In this document: piece after piece, positions 25,701-38,334 of the stretch | How positions within the stretch are numbered: the first letter of the stretch is position 1 | How the letters are laid out: each line of letters starts with the position of its first letter | NCBI GenBank assembly: GCA_028826165.1 | Contig: JAPDFW010000060.1 | Span: 1 to 64,000 of the forward strand | Origin: Anaeramoeba ignava BMAN | Taxonomy: Eukaryota > Protista > Anaeramoebae | DNA length: 64,000 nucleotides | Direction: 5' to 3' | Translations under genes and position numbers: made by a program | The notes under the pieces: model-generated | Databases searched by the model: none | Told to the model about the DNA's origin: nothing | Seen by the model: the letters and a program-made list of their open reading frames with translations, nothing else

Positions 25701-27161
25701 ACAACACCAAAAGCACAAGAATTTGAAAAAAATCAAATGGGAATTGAATCTAAATTACTCCAAGATAATTCACTTTATATTCCTGGATATTATATTTCAT
25801 CACATGTTTTCACAGAATATTCGTTTGCAAATCTGAATCATTTACAATCACAAAAATATGTCTTTGATGATCTTCAAAGAAAACATTTTGCATTTCCAGA
25901 AAATCAACAAATTTACGTATTTAATCGAGCAATTAAATCATTCATTTCAACAACAGAAGTGATAATGAGTGATCTTTCAAAAATTCTACAGAGATCATTG
26001 AAGCCCATCTTGAATATTATTGTTGATCGCGATGATTTAGAAATGAATCCGCGTTCATTAATTTCAATTTTTTATTACGGTTGCATTTGGAGAGATTTTC
26101 ATTTGGATCTTTTAAATATTGCTTATCATCCAAGAAGAAATGAACAAAAACAAACAGAAAAAACAGAAATTTTAAAAGAATCAAATGAGCCGTTGAACAA
26201 AATTAATTTTATCGAATCACTGATGAATTTCAAGGATGATTTCTGGGAATTCTTGAAAAATCATCATATTCCAGATGATTTATCTAGTTGTTTTCAAGGC
26301 GATTTACAACCGCCTTCTTATCAGGAATCACTTCAAGAAAACGAACGCATTCTTAAAGAAAAACAAGTGTTTGAAATTGCACTTAAAAAATTGCTTTCAT
26401 GCTGTCAAGGTCTTAAATTTCATGATTCAAATGTTCATTGTTTTGGTTCTTCAATCGAAAACAAACTCAATCCTTTTAATGATTATTTTCTTCTTCGTCT
26501 TTTAATTTCTCTTCCTCCAGAAAGAATTTCAAAAAACAAATTTTGGCTTCAAATGCAACATCAATTTACGTTTTTTTTTCAACACTTGAAAATCAATAAG
26601 AATTTTGTCACTTTTGCAAAATGTAATGGTGAAAATTGTTTTCATTGTAAAATGTATCCTGTTCGTTCTAAGTCTGCAATGGATGTATTTATGAATTTAT
26701 CCGGTATTTTTGATCCTCAACCTTCTAGAAATTATTTTGGACATTATGAAACATATATTGAAAGGGAAGAAAGAATGAATTTAAATCAAAATCAAAATCA
26801 AAATCAAAATCAAAATCAAAATCAAAATCAATATCAAAATCAAAATCAAAATCAAAATCAAAATCAAAATCAAAATCAAAATCAAAATCAAAATCAAAAT
26901 CAAAATCAAAATCAAAATCAAAATCAAAATCAAAATCAAAATCAAAATCAAAATCAAAATCAAAATCAAAATCAAAATCAAAATCAAAATCAAAATCAAA
27001 ATCAAAATCAAAATCAAAATAAATTTCAAAATCAAAATTTAAATCTAAAATTAAAATGTCCTTTTCTTAATTGTAATTTTCAAGCTGAATTTAAAACTGA
27101 AATGAAAAGACATTATGAATTATTTCATTTTTCTGAATTAAATTTAGTTGAAAAATTTTAA
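22793..27161 (+). CDS. Transposase-derived (Zator-like, degenerate DDE) nuclear protein with N-terminal HMG-box-like and C-terminal C2H2 zinc finger; 3 exons (introns 23742-23815, 25172-25242)
   Basis: Both phase-1 GT-AG introns join ORFs 22793, 24223 and 25668 into one frame. Motifs: PRNLYQLFI…AQETWK; HPDY…QYLFEFSSQF; VFNRAIK…DLSKIL…KPILNIIVD…NPRS…GCIWRDFHLDLL; KCNGENCFHC…GHYETYIE; CPFLNC…HYELFH. Confidence 0.7.
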
Positions 27162-27736
27162 TTAATTTTTTGTTATTCCAAAAAAAAAAAAATTTAAGGC
27201 AAAAAGAAACTTTGTTTTTGTTTTTGTTTTGAAAAGATCTTTAATTTTTTTAATTCTTTTAATTTCTTTAATTCTTTTAATTTTTTTGTTTAATTCTTTT
27301 TTTATCAAAAATAAATAATTTTTTTCATCAAACAAAAAAAAAATAAAAAAAAAGAAAAAATTTTTTAAATTAAATTTAATAAAAAATTGTAAAACGATCC
27401 CCACAAAATAATAATTAAAAAAAATAAAATAAAACTGATCTTTTTCTGATCAATTTTTTTAAAATAAAATCAAATTAAAATAAAAAAATTTAAAATAAAA
27501 AATAACAACGAATCAAAAATAAAAAACTAATTTAAAACAAAAAACTAATTAAAAAACTAATTAAAAAACAAATTAAAACAAATTTAAAAAAAAATTTTTT
27601 TTTTTTCATTTTCATTTTCATTTTTTTTCTTTTAAAAAAATATCTTTAAATTTTGATTAATTAATAAATTGATTAAAATTAAAATTAAAATTAAAATTAA
27701 AAAAAAATTTTTTTTTTAAAAACAAAAATAATAAAG

Positions 27737-30700
27737 ATGTTTTATCAAAAACAAGTTCAAGATAATTCAATTTTTCCTGATTTACATTCATATACACAAA
27801 AAGGACAAGAAATACCAACAATTGACAAGCATTTGCCATCATTTGAATATTCACGACAATTTATGAATTCAAGTTTTCAAAATCCATTTGAAAATTCAAT
27901 TTCAAAAAGAATAACTGATAAGGATTCAATTCATCAATTTTCTCAAAACAACCAAATTTCTAATCGAATAACTGATATTGAACAATCTCAATTTCCAAAC
28001 AATTCAATTTTCAAAAGGAAAATTCTTGAGAAGGAGCCAATTTCCAAAAGAATAACTGATATGGAACCTATTCATCAATTTCCAAATAATTCAAGTTTAT
28101 TAAGTGATCCAAGTTTTTTAAATGATTCCAGTTTTTTAAATGATTCCAGTTTTTTAAGTGATCCAAATTTTCCAAACAATTCAAATTTTCCAAACAATTT
28201 AAATTTTCCAATTTCAAAAAGAATAACTGATATGGATTCTTTTGTAAGATTGCCTTCACAAAATAATCATAGTTCAAGACATTTATCTGATGTGGATTCA
28301 GTTATTCCATATTCACCTTATTATAATAATAATAATAATGATAAAAATACTTTTCAAAATTATGGAAATCATAAGGATTATCAATATAATAAAGATCGTC
28401 AGGATTATCAAGATCATCAAAATGATAAGGATTATTCACATTATAAGGATTATAGGAATGATAAAAATTATAGGAATGATAAAAATTATAGGAATGATAA
28501 AAATTACAAAAATGATAAAAATTACAAAAATTATAGGAATGATAAAAATTATAGGAATGATAAAAATTATAAAAATTACAAAAATTATAGGAATGATAAA
28601 AATTACAAAAATGATAAAAATTACAAAAATTACAGGATTGTCAAAAGTTATGATAATTATGCAAATGATAAAAATCAAAAGAATTACAAGAATTATAGGA
28701 ATAATAAAAATTTCAGGATTGTAAAAAGTTATGATAATTATAGTGATGATGGTAATTATAGGGATAACAGAAATTTTAAAAAGTACAACAATTACAAATA
28801 TGATAAAGATTATAAACACGAGAAAGATTATAAACATGATAAAGATGATAAAGATTATAAGTATGATAAAGATGATAAAGATTATAAGTATGATAAAGAT
28901 GATAAAGATTATAAGTATGATAAAAATGATAAAGATTATAAGTATGAAAAAGATTATAAAAATGATAAAGATTACAAGTATGATAAAGATTATCAAAATG
29001 AAAAAGATTATCAAAATGATAAAGATTATCAAAATGATAAAGATTATAAAAATGATAAAGATTATAAAAATGATAAAGATTATAAAAATGATAAAGATTA
29101 TCAAAATGATAAAGATTATCAAAATGATAAAGATTATCAAAATGATAAAGATTATGGAAAGGATAAAGATTATAATCATGATAAAGATTATGGAAAGGAT
29201 GAAAAAACAATTCCTGATTTGGAGCCAATTATTGAATATTCAGATCAAAATAATATTTCAGATAATAAATCTAAGGAAAAGGAAAATCAAAATGAAATTC
29301 CAAATCAAAATCAAATTGAAATTGAAAATCAAAATCAAAATCAAAATCAAATTGAAAATCAAAATGAAAGTCAAAATCAAATTGAAAATCAAAATGAAAA
29401 TGAAATTGAAAACGAAAATCAAAATGAAAATGAAAATGAAAATGAAAATCGAAATAAAGATCAAAATGAATATTCACAAGAATATGAAAATAAACGTCCT
29501 CGCAAATTCTTTGATTTACCTCCTCGTCACTATTATAAATCATATCTGTAAATTATTTAAATTATTCGAATTTATAATATAATTTTCCAATTAATAATTT
29601 CCATATTTTTTTCATTTTTATTTAATTTTGTTACTGAATATTTAAAAGGAATCGAGAAAAAAAAACAATGAGGTTAGTTTGAAAATCAATTTAAAAAAAT
29701 ATTCAATTCAAAAAATATTCAATTTAAAAAAATATTCAATTTAAAAAAATATTCAATTTAAAAAAATATTCAATTTAGATTTGGAAAAGAAACAAGACCA
29801 ACAAGAAGTCTTTTCATTGGAAATTTATCATTTTCAGTTACAGATAATTTTCTTTATAAATTATTTTCTACAATTGGAGAAGTAGATAATGCAGTTGTTG
29901 GATTTGACAAAAAAACAGGAAGAAGCAAAGGTAAATCAAAATTATAAATTCATTTTTTAAATTATTGATTTAAATTCATTTTTTTAAATTATTGATTTTA
30001 AATTATTGATTGATTTAAATTATTGATTTAATTATTGATTTTAATTATTGATTTTAATTATTGATTTTAAATAATTGATTTTAATTCATTGATTTTAATT
30101 ATTGATTTTAATTCATTTTTAATTATTCATTTTAATTCATTTTTAATTATTGATTTTAATTCATTTTTAATTATTGATTTTAAATTATTGATTTTAAAAG
30201 GATATGGATTCGTTTCTTTTTATGATGTTAATGATGCTAAAAAAGCATTTGAATATTTTGAAAATTATAGAATTGATCAAAGGAGAATAAGAATTGATTG
30301 GGATCCTGGTTTAGATAAGAAAGTATTCCCTTCAGATCCATATGATCATACAGGGTTTGTTGATTTTTGATTTTTTTCATTTCAATTTTTTTCAATTTTT
30401 TTTCAATGAATCTTTTTGATTTTCATTTTTTTTGATTTTTTTCATTCTCAATTTTCAAGATAAAATGGATAATATTTCTTTTTCTTCTTTTTTTTTTTGA
30501 TTCAATTTCATTATTCTTTTATTATATTTAGAAAATTTTTTTTTGATTCTTTTTAAAAACAAAAAAGTGGAACAAAAAAAAATTTTTTTTTTATTAATAA
30601 TTTAATTAATTTAATTTAAAATTAATTTTAATTTGATTTTTTAAAAATAAAACAATTTTCGTTCCTTAATTCAATTTAATTCATTTTCAAATTTAAAAAC

Positions 30701-30922
30701 AGAAGCAAATTATCAAAAAATAATTATTACAGAAATAGACATAGAAACAAATATGAAGATGAATATTATTCAAAAAGAAGAAAAGAAGGTAAAAAATAAT
30801 TTTAATTTTTAATTTTTAATTTTATTTTGTTAAATTTAATTTTAAATTTAGATTTAGATAACAAAACAAAATATGATTCCGTTATTGAAATATCAAAAGA
30901 AGAAAAAGAAGAAAGAAAATGA
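27737..30922 (+). CDS. CBP20/NCBP2-like RRM protein with ~600-aa low-complexity N-terminus, 6 exons
   Basis: Exons 27737-29547, 29649-29672, 29779-29930, 30201-30354, 30703-30788 and ~30858-30922 splice in frame. RRM: SLFIGNLSF…GFDKKTGRSK|GYGFVSF…IDQRRIRIDWDPG. The last two exons are less certain. Confidence 0.75.
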
Positions 30923-31087
30923 AAAACAAAAACAAAAAAAAAAAAAAAAGTGGAACAAAAAATAAAGAAAAAAATAAGAAAAAAAATAAACTTTTTGAAA
31001 AAGTTTGAACAATAAAAAGAAAATGAATTAATAAGTAAAAAAAAAAAAAAAAAGAATAAGTAGTAATTAAGAGTTTTAATAAGAAAA

Positions 31088-32537
31088 TCATAAAATATCT
31101 CTATCATTTTCAATCATATTTGTTTTACCAAAAGTTAAACGAAAATTTTTATGTAAATTTCCCATTTGAGATTTTTGTTCATTTTGTTCATTTTGTTCAT
31201 TTTGTTCATTTTGTTCAAAATTTTCAGTAATATTATGTCCCATCAAATTAGGATTTAAATCGGAAAGATCATCAGTTAAAGAATTATCTGTTTTTTTATT
31301 AGATTTGAGTTCTTTATTATCAATATATAAATTTTTTTCATCATCAGAATCAACAAGAAAAGTTTGTTCAGAATCAATATTTCTTTGCATAATTTCTTGG
31401 ATTCTGATAACATAAAGAAGAAGGGAAATCAAGAGCATTCCAGAGGGAAGAATTTCAAAGATTGAGAACCAAGAGAGAATAAATGAATAGTATCTTTTAT
31501 CGTGATTTTTTTGCCAAGTTTTTTGAGTATCAGCAATTTTATTTTTATTTAAAATAATTGAAAAATCCCAAAATAAACGTATAATGAATAATAAAAAATA
31601 GATTAGGATAACAACCAAAAACAGGGTAACGCCCACCATTTTCTTTATGGGTTTATTTTGCAAATCAAGTTTTCTGAGCTGTTTCAAAATACGAATCATA
31701 TAGAATCCAAAAATTGCAAAAAATATTATCAGAATTCCATATACTAATGAAGTTGAAGAAAATAAAAGAACTACAATATCTTCATCTGTGCAAAATATTG
31801 AAACAATTATTATTGCTATGAATACTACTATTATTACTATATAGAATTTTGTTCTCATTTGTTTGTATTTGTTGTTATTTGCTGATTTTCGGAAAGTTAA
31901 ATGAATTAAAAATAATATAAAGAGTGAAAAACTAAAAGAATTCAAAATGAATTTCAAAATGAATTTAAATTTGTTTAATTTTAATTTTAATTTTAATTTT
32001 AATTTTAATTTTAATTTTAATTTTAATTTTAATTTTAATTTTAATTTTAATTTTAATTTTAATTTTAATTTTAATTTTGATTTTGATTTTAATTTTGATT
32101 TTAATTTTAATTTGTTTAATTTGTTTAATTTGTTTAATTTGAATTATACGCTGAAAATTCAAAGTATAAAGGTAATGAAAGATAAAATAGAAAAAGTAAA
32201 AAATAACTTGGCCAATGAATTTTAGTAATCATAAATATTCCTCGAAAAAGTAAAAAAATAAAAATAAGAATCAATGAAATAAATGGAAAATAAAAAGAAC
32301 TTTTGAGTTTAAGTTTCTTTCTATTTAAAATCCAAAATTCAAACAATAAAATATTTTTAATTTAATTTTTTTAATTTAATTTTTTTTTAAAAACCTTAAA
32401 ATTAATGCTTTTATCATAACTAAAATAGAAAATAAAAGTTCTATAAAATAAAAACTTCCTAAAACATAAAGATGCCAAGATTTAGATTGTTGAGCTGAGG
32501 GTGCATATTTTTCAATTTGATTCCAATCAACTGTCAT
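31088..32537 (-). CDS. TOM1/THH1/GPR137-like multi-pass (7TM-like) membrane protein, 3 exons
   Basis: ATG at 32537 (MTVDWNQIEKY…); exon 2 …LLFRGIF…LPLYFEFS; exon 3 …FIIRLFW…FSIFEILPS; successive hydrophobic helices. Confidence 0.7.
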
Positions 32538-32604
32538 TTTTTTTTGAAAAGAAAAAAATGAAAAATAAAAAATGAAAATAAATTTTTTTAATTCCTTTAT
32601 TTAA

Positions 32605-33215
32605 TTTTATAATTAAATTTATAATTAAATTTATAATTAATTTTGTAATTAAATTTATAATTAAATTTATAATTAATTTTGTAATTAAATTTATAATTAA
32701 ATTTGTAATTAAATTTATAATTAAATTTATAATTAAATTTATAATTAAATTTATAATTAATTTTATAATTAAATTTATAATTAAATTTGTGATTAAATTT
32801 GTAATTAAATTTGTAATTAAATTTATAATTAAATTTATAATTAAATTTATAATTAAATTTATAATTAAATTTATAATTAAATTTGTAATTATATTTATAA
32901 TTAAATTTATAATTAAATTTATAATTAAATTTATAATTAATTTTATAATTAATTTTGTAATTAAATTTATAATTAAATTTATAATTAAATTTATAATTAA
33001 ATTTATAATTAAATTTATAATTAATTTTGTAAATAAATTTATAATTAAATTTATAATAAAATTTATAATTAAATTTATAATTAATTTTGTAATTAAATTT
33101 ATAATAAAATTTATAATTAAATTTATAATTAATTTTGTAATTAAATTTGTAATTAAATTTGTAAATAAATTTGTAATTAAATTTGTAATTAAATTTGTAA
33201 TTAATTTTTTAATTA
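32605..33215. repeat. 12-bp minisatellite (AATTAAATTTAT)n
   Basis: Direct inspection; gives the IKFI pseudo-ORF. Confidence 0.93.
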
Positions 33216-33316
33216 AATCTTTGGTTTAAAAAAAGTGGAACAAAATAAATTGAATTTTTGCTTTTTCTTTCTAATTCTTTCTAATTCTTTCTTTTTCTTT
33301 AATTCCTTAAATAAAT

Positions 33317-36300
33317 TTACCAACGACCTTTAAAATTAAATTTAACTTTTAATAAATAACGAATTCTTGCTTGATTTTCTCGATAAACAATATATTCATT
33401 GTATAAAAGAGATCTTCCATGTTTTTTAGATTGAACAGGTTTTCCATAAGGAACAATAACTCCATCTTCCATTTCATGAAATTTTTCAGGATCAGGAATA
33501 GTTCTTCCACATCCTTTTGTACTATTAAATCCTTTAGGTGGTTTTTCCATATATTTTGAACCTTCTAATTTTTTCTTTTTTCCCAATGCAACTTCACAAA
33601 GAAGCATAAATGCAATATTATTTGATGGTGTTGCACTTTTGATTTAAATTTTTTTGATTTAAATTATTTTGATTTAAATTATTTTGAATTAAATTATTTT
33701 TAATTGAATTATTTTGAATTAAATTATTTTAATTAAATTATTTTAATTAAATTATTTTGATTTAAATTATTTTAATTAAATTATTTTAATTAAATTATTT
33801 TGATTTAAATTATTTTGATTTAAATTATTTTGATTTGAATTATTTTAATTAAATTATTTAAATTAAATTATTTTGAATTAAATTATTTAAATTAAATTAT
33901 TTTGAATTGATTTAAATTTTGATTTAAATTATTTTGATTTGAATTATTTTGATTAAATTATTTTGATTTAAATTATTTTTAATTGAATTATTTTGAATTA
34001 AATTATTTTTAATTGAATTATTTTGAATTAAATTTTAAATTTACTGGCAATAATTTGCTGATTTACTGCACATATCAGCAAAATAAATTCCTGTTTTTAA
34101 TTTTTAAGTTTAAATTTTTAAGTTTAATTTTTAAGTTTAATTTTTAAGTTTAATTTTTAAGTTTTAAATTTCAAACCTTTTCCAAACATATATCTATTTT
34201 TTTTATTAAAAAAATTAATGTTTAATTAATAATTTTTTTAAAATTAAATTTTAGATTTATTTACCCAGTAACAGGAGCTATTTTAAATAAAAATTAATAA
34301 AAGATTTCATAAAAAGAAATAAAAAGAATTAAAAAGAGAATAAGAATAAAATAAAAAGTTAAAATTTTCACTAATAAAGAAATAAATATAAAAAATTTAC
34401 CCTCTAATAAATAAAAATAAAAATAAAATTAAATTTAAAATTGAATTTAAAATTAATATTAAAATAAAAATAAAATCAAAATTAAATTGAAAATTAAATT
34501 GAAAATAAAAATAAAATTTAAAATTAAAATTAAATTTAAAATTAAAATAAAAATAAAATTAAAAATTAATATTAACCTGGTGGCGCAATTCTTAAACCTT
34601 GAGATAAAATCCCAACAAAATTTGTTAAACGAGAACCATGCCAAAGTAAATAACGAGGATCTAAATCTTGAAATTCTTCAAATTTCTTGAATTCACCTTC
34701 ACGTTCAACTTCAAAAGCATCCAACAAATCAAGAGAATAATGACTATGAGTTTTACCATGAGTATTCTTCAAATACTTATTAATAACATTAAAAGTATCT
34801 GAATCTTTTTGAATAGGATCAAGTTTTGTTTTTAATTGAGAATAATGAATATCAATGGGATTCAAACTTTTATCACTTTTTGATTCCTTAATCAAAGCAC
34901 TAGCAATTTCAATATCAATTAAAGCCTCAAGCATATGAATTTTGGATTCCAAAATTTCCTTGTTATCAATTAACGGAAATGATTCTCCGCGCTTTATAAT
35001 ATGAGGAATAATTGTGTAAAATCGGTTTGAATAATCAAGTAATTTTTGACTATTATCAGGTTCATTTTCAATAATGTTTTGAAGTTCAGTTAAAACAGAA
35101 TTTCCTTGTTTGATATGATCCTTAGTTAATTGACCCAAAGGCATCGAATTAACATCAATTTCGAGTTCTTTCATTGTGTGATTATAGTTATCAATATCAA
35201 AAAGCATTTCCACAATTTCTTGAACACCTTTTGGTAAATTTGATGGTGGATGTTCAGATTGTTCTTGATCTGATTCAGCATCATGTTGAATTGCAATTGG
35301 ATAAAATAATCCTTCTTTTTTTTCTGCTTTAAATCGATTTTCCCATTCATTTCCCGTTTTCTTCGAAAATTGTGTTTTGAAAAACTCAATTGCTTGTGAT
35401 TTTGATGTCCATGGTCCATGTAAAATATTACCTCCAATTGTTGTTCCAACTCTTCCCCATTTAGCCCAAACATGAAATTTTTTTTTGCTGTCATGTTTGA
35501 ATAATTGAAGAATATAATATGAGTTTTGATTAGATTCAATGTTTGTTTTGTTTAGCATTGAATCATAAACTTCATTTCCTTCACGATAAACATGATATTC
35601 TTCTGCAATTGGACACTCTTCATCGATTACAACCTTAATTATTTTATTAATTATTTTTATTAATTATTTTATTAATTATTTTTATTAATTATTTTATTAT
35701 TTATTTTATTAATTATTTTATTAATTATTTTATTAATTATTTTTATTATTTATTTTATTAATTATTTTTATAATTATTTTATAATTATTTTATTATTATT
35801 TTTATAATTAATTTTATTAATTATTTTATAATTATTTTTTACTCCTCCTTTTTTAATAACTTTCTTCTTTCCGTTATCAATTTTCTCATCTTCACTTTCA
35901 TATTCGCTAGATTCTTCTTGTGAACTTGTTCTTGCATTTTTCGCTAAATTTTCTTTGGTTTCTTTTTTTAGTGGTCTTTCTTTTAATGTTAATATCTTTT
36001 CATCTTTTGGAAGTTTTCCTGATAATAAATATTTCTTACAATCAACAACTCTTTCATCTCTAACTGCAATTAAGAAATCTTCACTTAAAATGGGAGTTTT
36101 CCATTTTTTAGCAGATTTTAAAGTTTTGTTTGTTTTCAATGCTTCTTTTGTAGCAATAATATGAGTACACTATTTAAAAATTTTGATTTATTTCAATTTT
36201 TTAATTGATTTGAAATTTATTTGAAATTTATTTGATATTGATTTGATATTGATTTGACATTTATTTGACATTTATTTGAAATTGATTTTGAAATTGATTT

Positions 36301-38229
36301 GATATTGATTTGAAATTTATTTGAAATTGATTTGATATTAACATGACATTTATTTGAAATTGATTTTGAAATTTATTTGAAATTTATTTGAAATTGATTT
36401 TGAAATTGATTTTGAAATTGATTTGATATTGATTTGAAATTTTAAATCATTTGAAATTTTAAATACTTACTGACTTTTGCACTCTTGAAACATATTCTCC
36501 TTCATTATCCTCAATAATCTCAATTAAATCTTCCTTTGAATTACTTAAACTTCCTGAAAAAGCAATTACAAAATCAAGTAATAAAGTGGATTTTTTCTCC
36601 ATTTCTTTCGCTTCTTCTTTTTTCTCCAAAAACATTCTTGACTTTCTTATTGCCTTTTGAGGTTTTAATTTTGACAACCAAGAGTTGCTAATGTCATCAG
36701 GTATTTTTAACAAAATTGTCTTTGAATCATCCACGGCTCCTCGAAAAGTACATTTAGTCCACGTACTTGTTGATCCAATACATTTATACTGTCCATCACT
36801 CCAAATCAAAGTTCTTTTTTGACATTGAGGGCAAAGTGGAAGTCCAAATAAAAGAGCACCAGCAATTTTTTTAGCAAGATCATCTTGCCCTCCTCTTTCC
36901 GGCAGATCATTTTCTTTTAAGATCATTTTCATTTCTTTTGTAGAAACATTTTTTTTAAGTTGATCAATCACTTCCCAAAATTTTTTGGTTTGAATTTCAA
37001 CTTCTTGTGCAAGTTTTTGATCAGGATCAATGTTTTCATTTGTTTTTTGTTCAGGAATAACAAGTGAAAATTCTTCTGATTCTGAATCTGAAGTTGTTTC
37101 TGTTTCTTTTGAAGTTGATTCAGTTGAACTTGTTTCTTTTTTTTTTGTTTTTGTTTTTCTTGATCGAAGTCGAGTTTTTCTTGTTTTTGTTTTTGGTTCA
37201 TTTTTCCGTTTTTTGCTTTTCTTTTTTTTTTCATCTTTTTTCTTTTTAGAATCTTTTTCTTTTTCTTTTTCTTTTTCATTTTCTTTTTCATTTTCTTTTT
37301 CATCTTTCTTTTCTTCCACTTTTTCTCCAAGTAATTTTTTAAGTTTATTTTGATCTTCCCAACGTAAAGAATCAAAACCTTTAACTTCATTTGCTTTATT
37401 AACAAATTTCCCCCATTTTTTAACACATTTTAAATGATGCCAAGTAACCATATAACCTTTATATTTAATTTATTTAGAAATTTATAATTTTATTTATAAT
37501 TTTATTTATAATTTTATTTATAATTTTATTTATAATTTTATTTATAATTTTATTTATAATTTTTTTGTTTTATTTATAATTTTTATTTATTTTATAATTT
37601 TAATTTATAATTTTATTTATAATTTTTATTTTTTTTTATTTTATATAATTTTATTTATAATTTTATTTATAATTTTATTTATAATTTTATTTATAATTTT
37701 ATTTATAATTTTATTTATAATTTATTTATAATTTTATTTATAATTTATTTATAATTTTATTTTTATTTAATTTATAATTTTATTTATAATTTAATTTATA
37801 ATTTTATTTTATTTATAATTTTATTTATAATTTTATTTATAATTTTATTTATAATTTTATTTATAATTTTATTTATAATTTTATTTATAATTTTATTTAT
37901 AATTTAATTTATAATTTTATTTATAATTTTATTTTATTTATAATTTTATTTATAATTTTTATTTTAATTTTTATTTTTACAATTTTATTTATAATTTTAT
38001 TTAATTTTATTTTATTTATAATTTTATTTATAATTTTATTTATAATTTATTTATTATTTTATTTATAATTTAACGAATTTATATTAAAATGGGGAATTAT
38101 ACCATCAAAACCACTTGCAGGAAACCTTTTTCCTATTCTTAATACATCTTTCTTAATTGTTTTATGGCAAATTTTACAAGAACTTCTACTTGATTTTGCA
38201 TATTCGCATAAAAAAGTAATATCTGTCAT
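33317..38229 (-). CDS. PARP1: Poly(ADP-ribose) polymerase, PARP1-type (zf-PARP, PADR1, BRCT, WGR, regulatory and catalytic domains), 9 exons
   Basis: Exons 38229-38103, 37456-36471, 36169-35843, 35633-34577, 34403-34401, 34277-34265, 34193-34177, 34090-34045, 33635-33317. Motifs: EYAKSSRSSCKIC…WHHLKC, CPQC…YKCIG…WTKC, [41 protein letters not shown] (H-Y-E triad). Confidence 0.96.
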
Positions 38230-38334
38230 TTTTTTTTTAAAAAATTAAAATTAAAAAAAATAAAAAATAAAAAAAAAATATTTTCTTTTATACTTTTTTT
38301 TTTTCATTTTTTTCTTTCTTTTTCTTTTTTATAA

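Noticed and set aside
28290-29582. Ile/Met-rich ORFs overlapping 27737-29551
   Set aside because: Alternative frames of the DKDY/KNY coding repeat.
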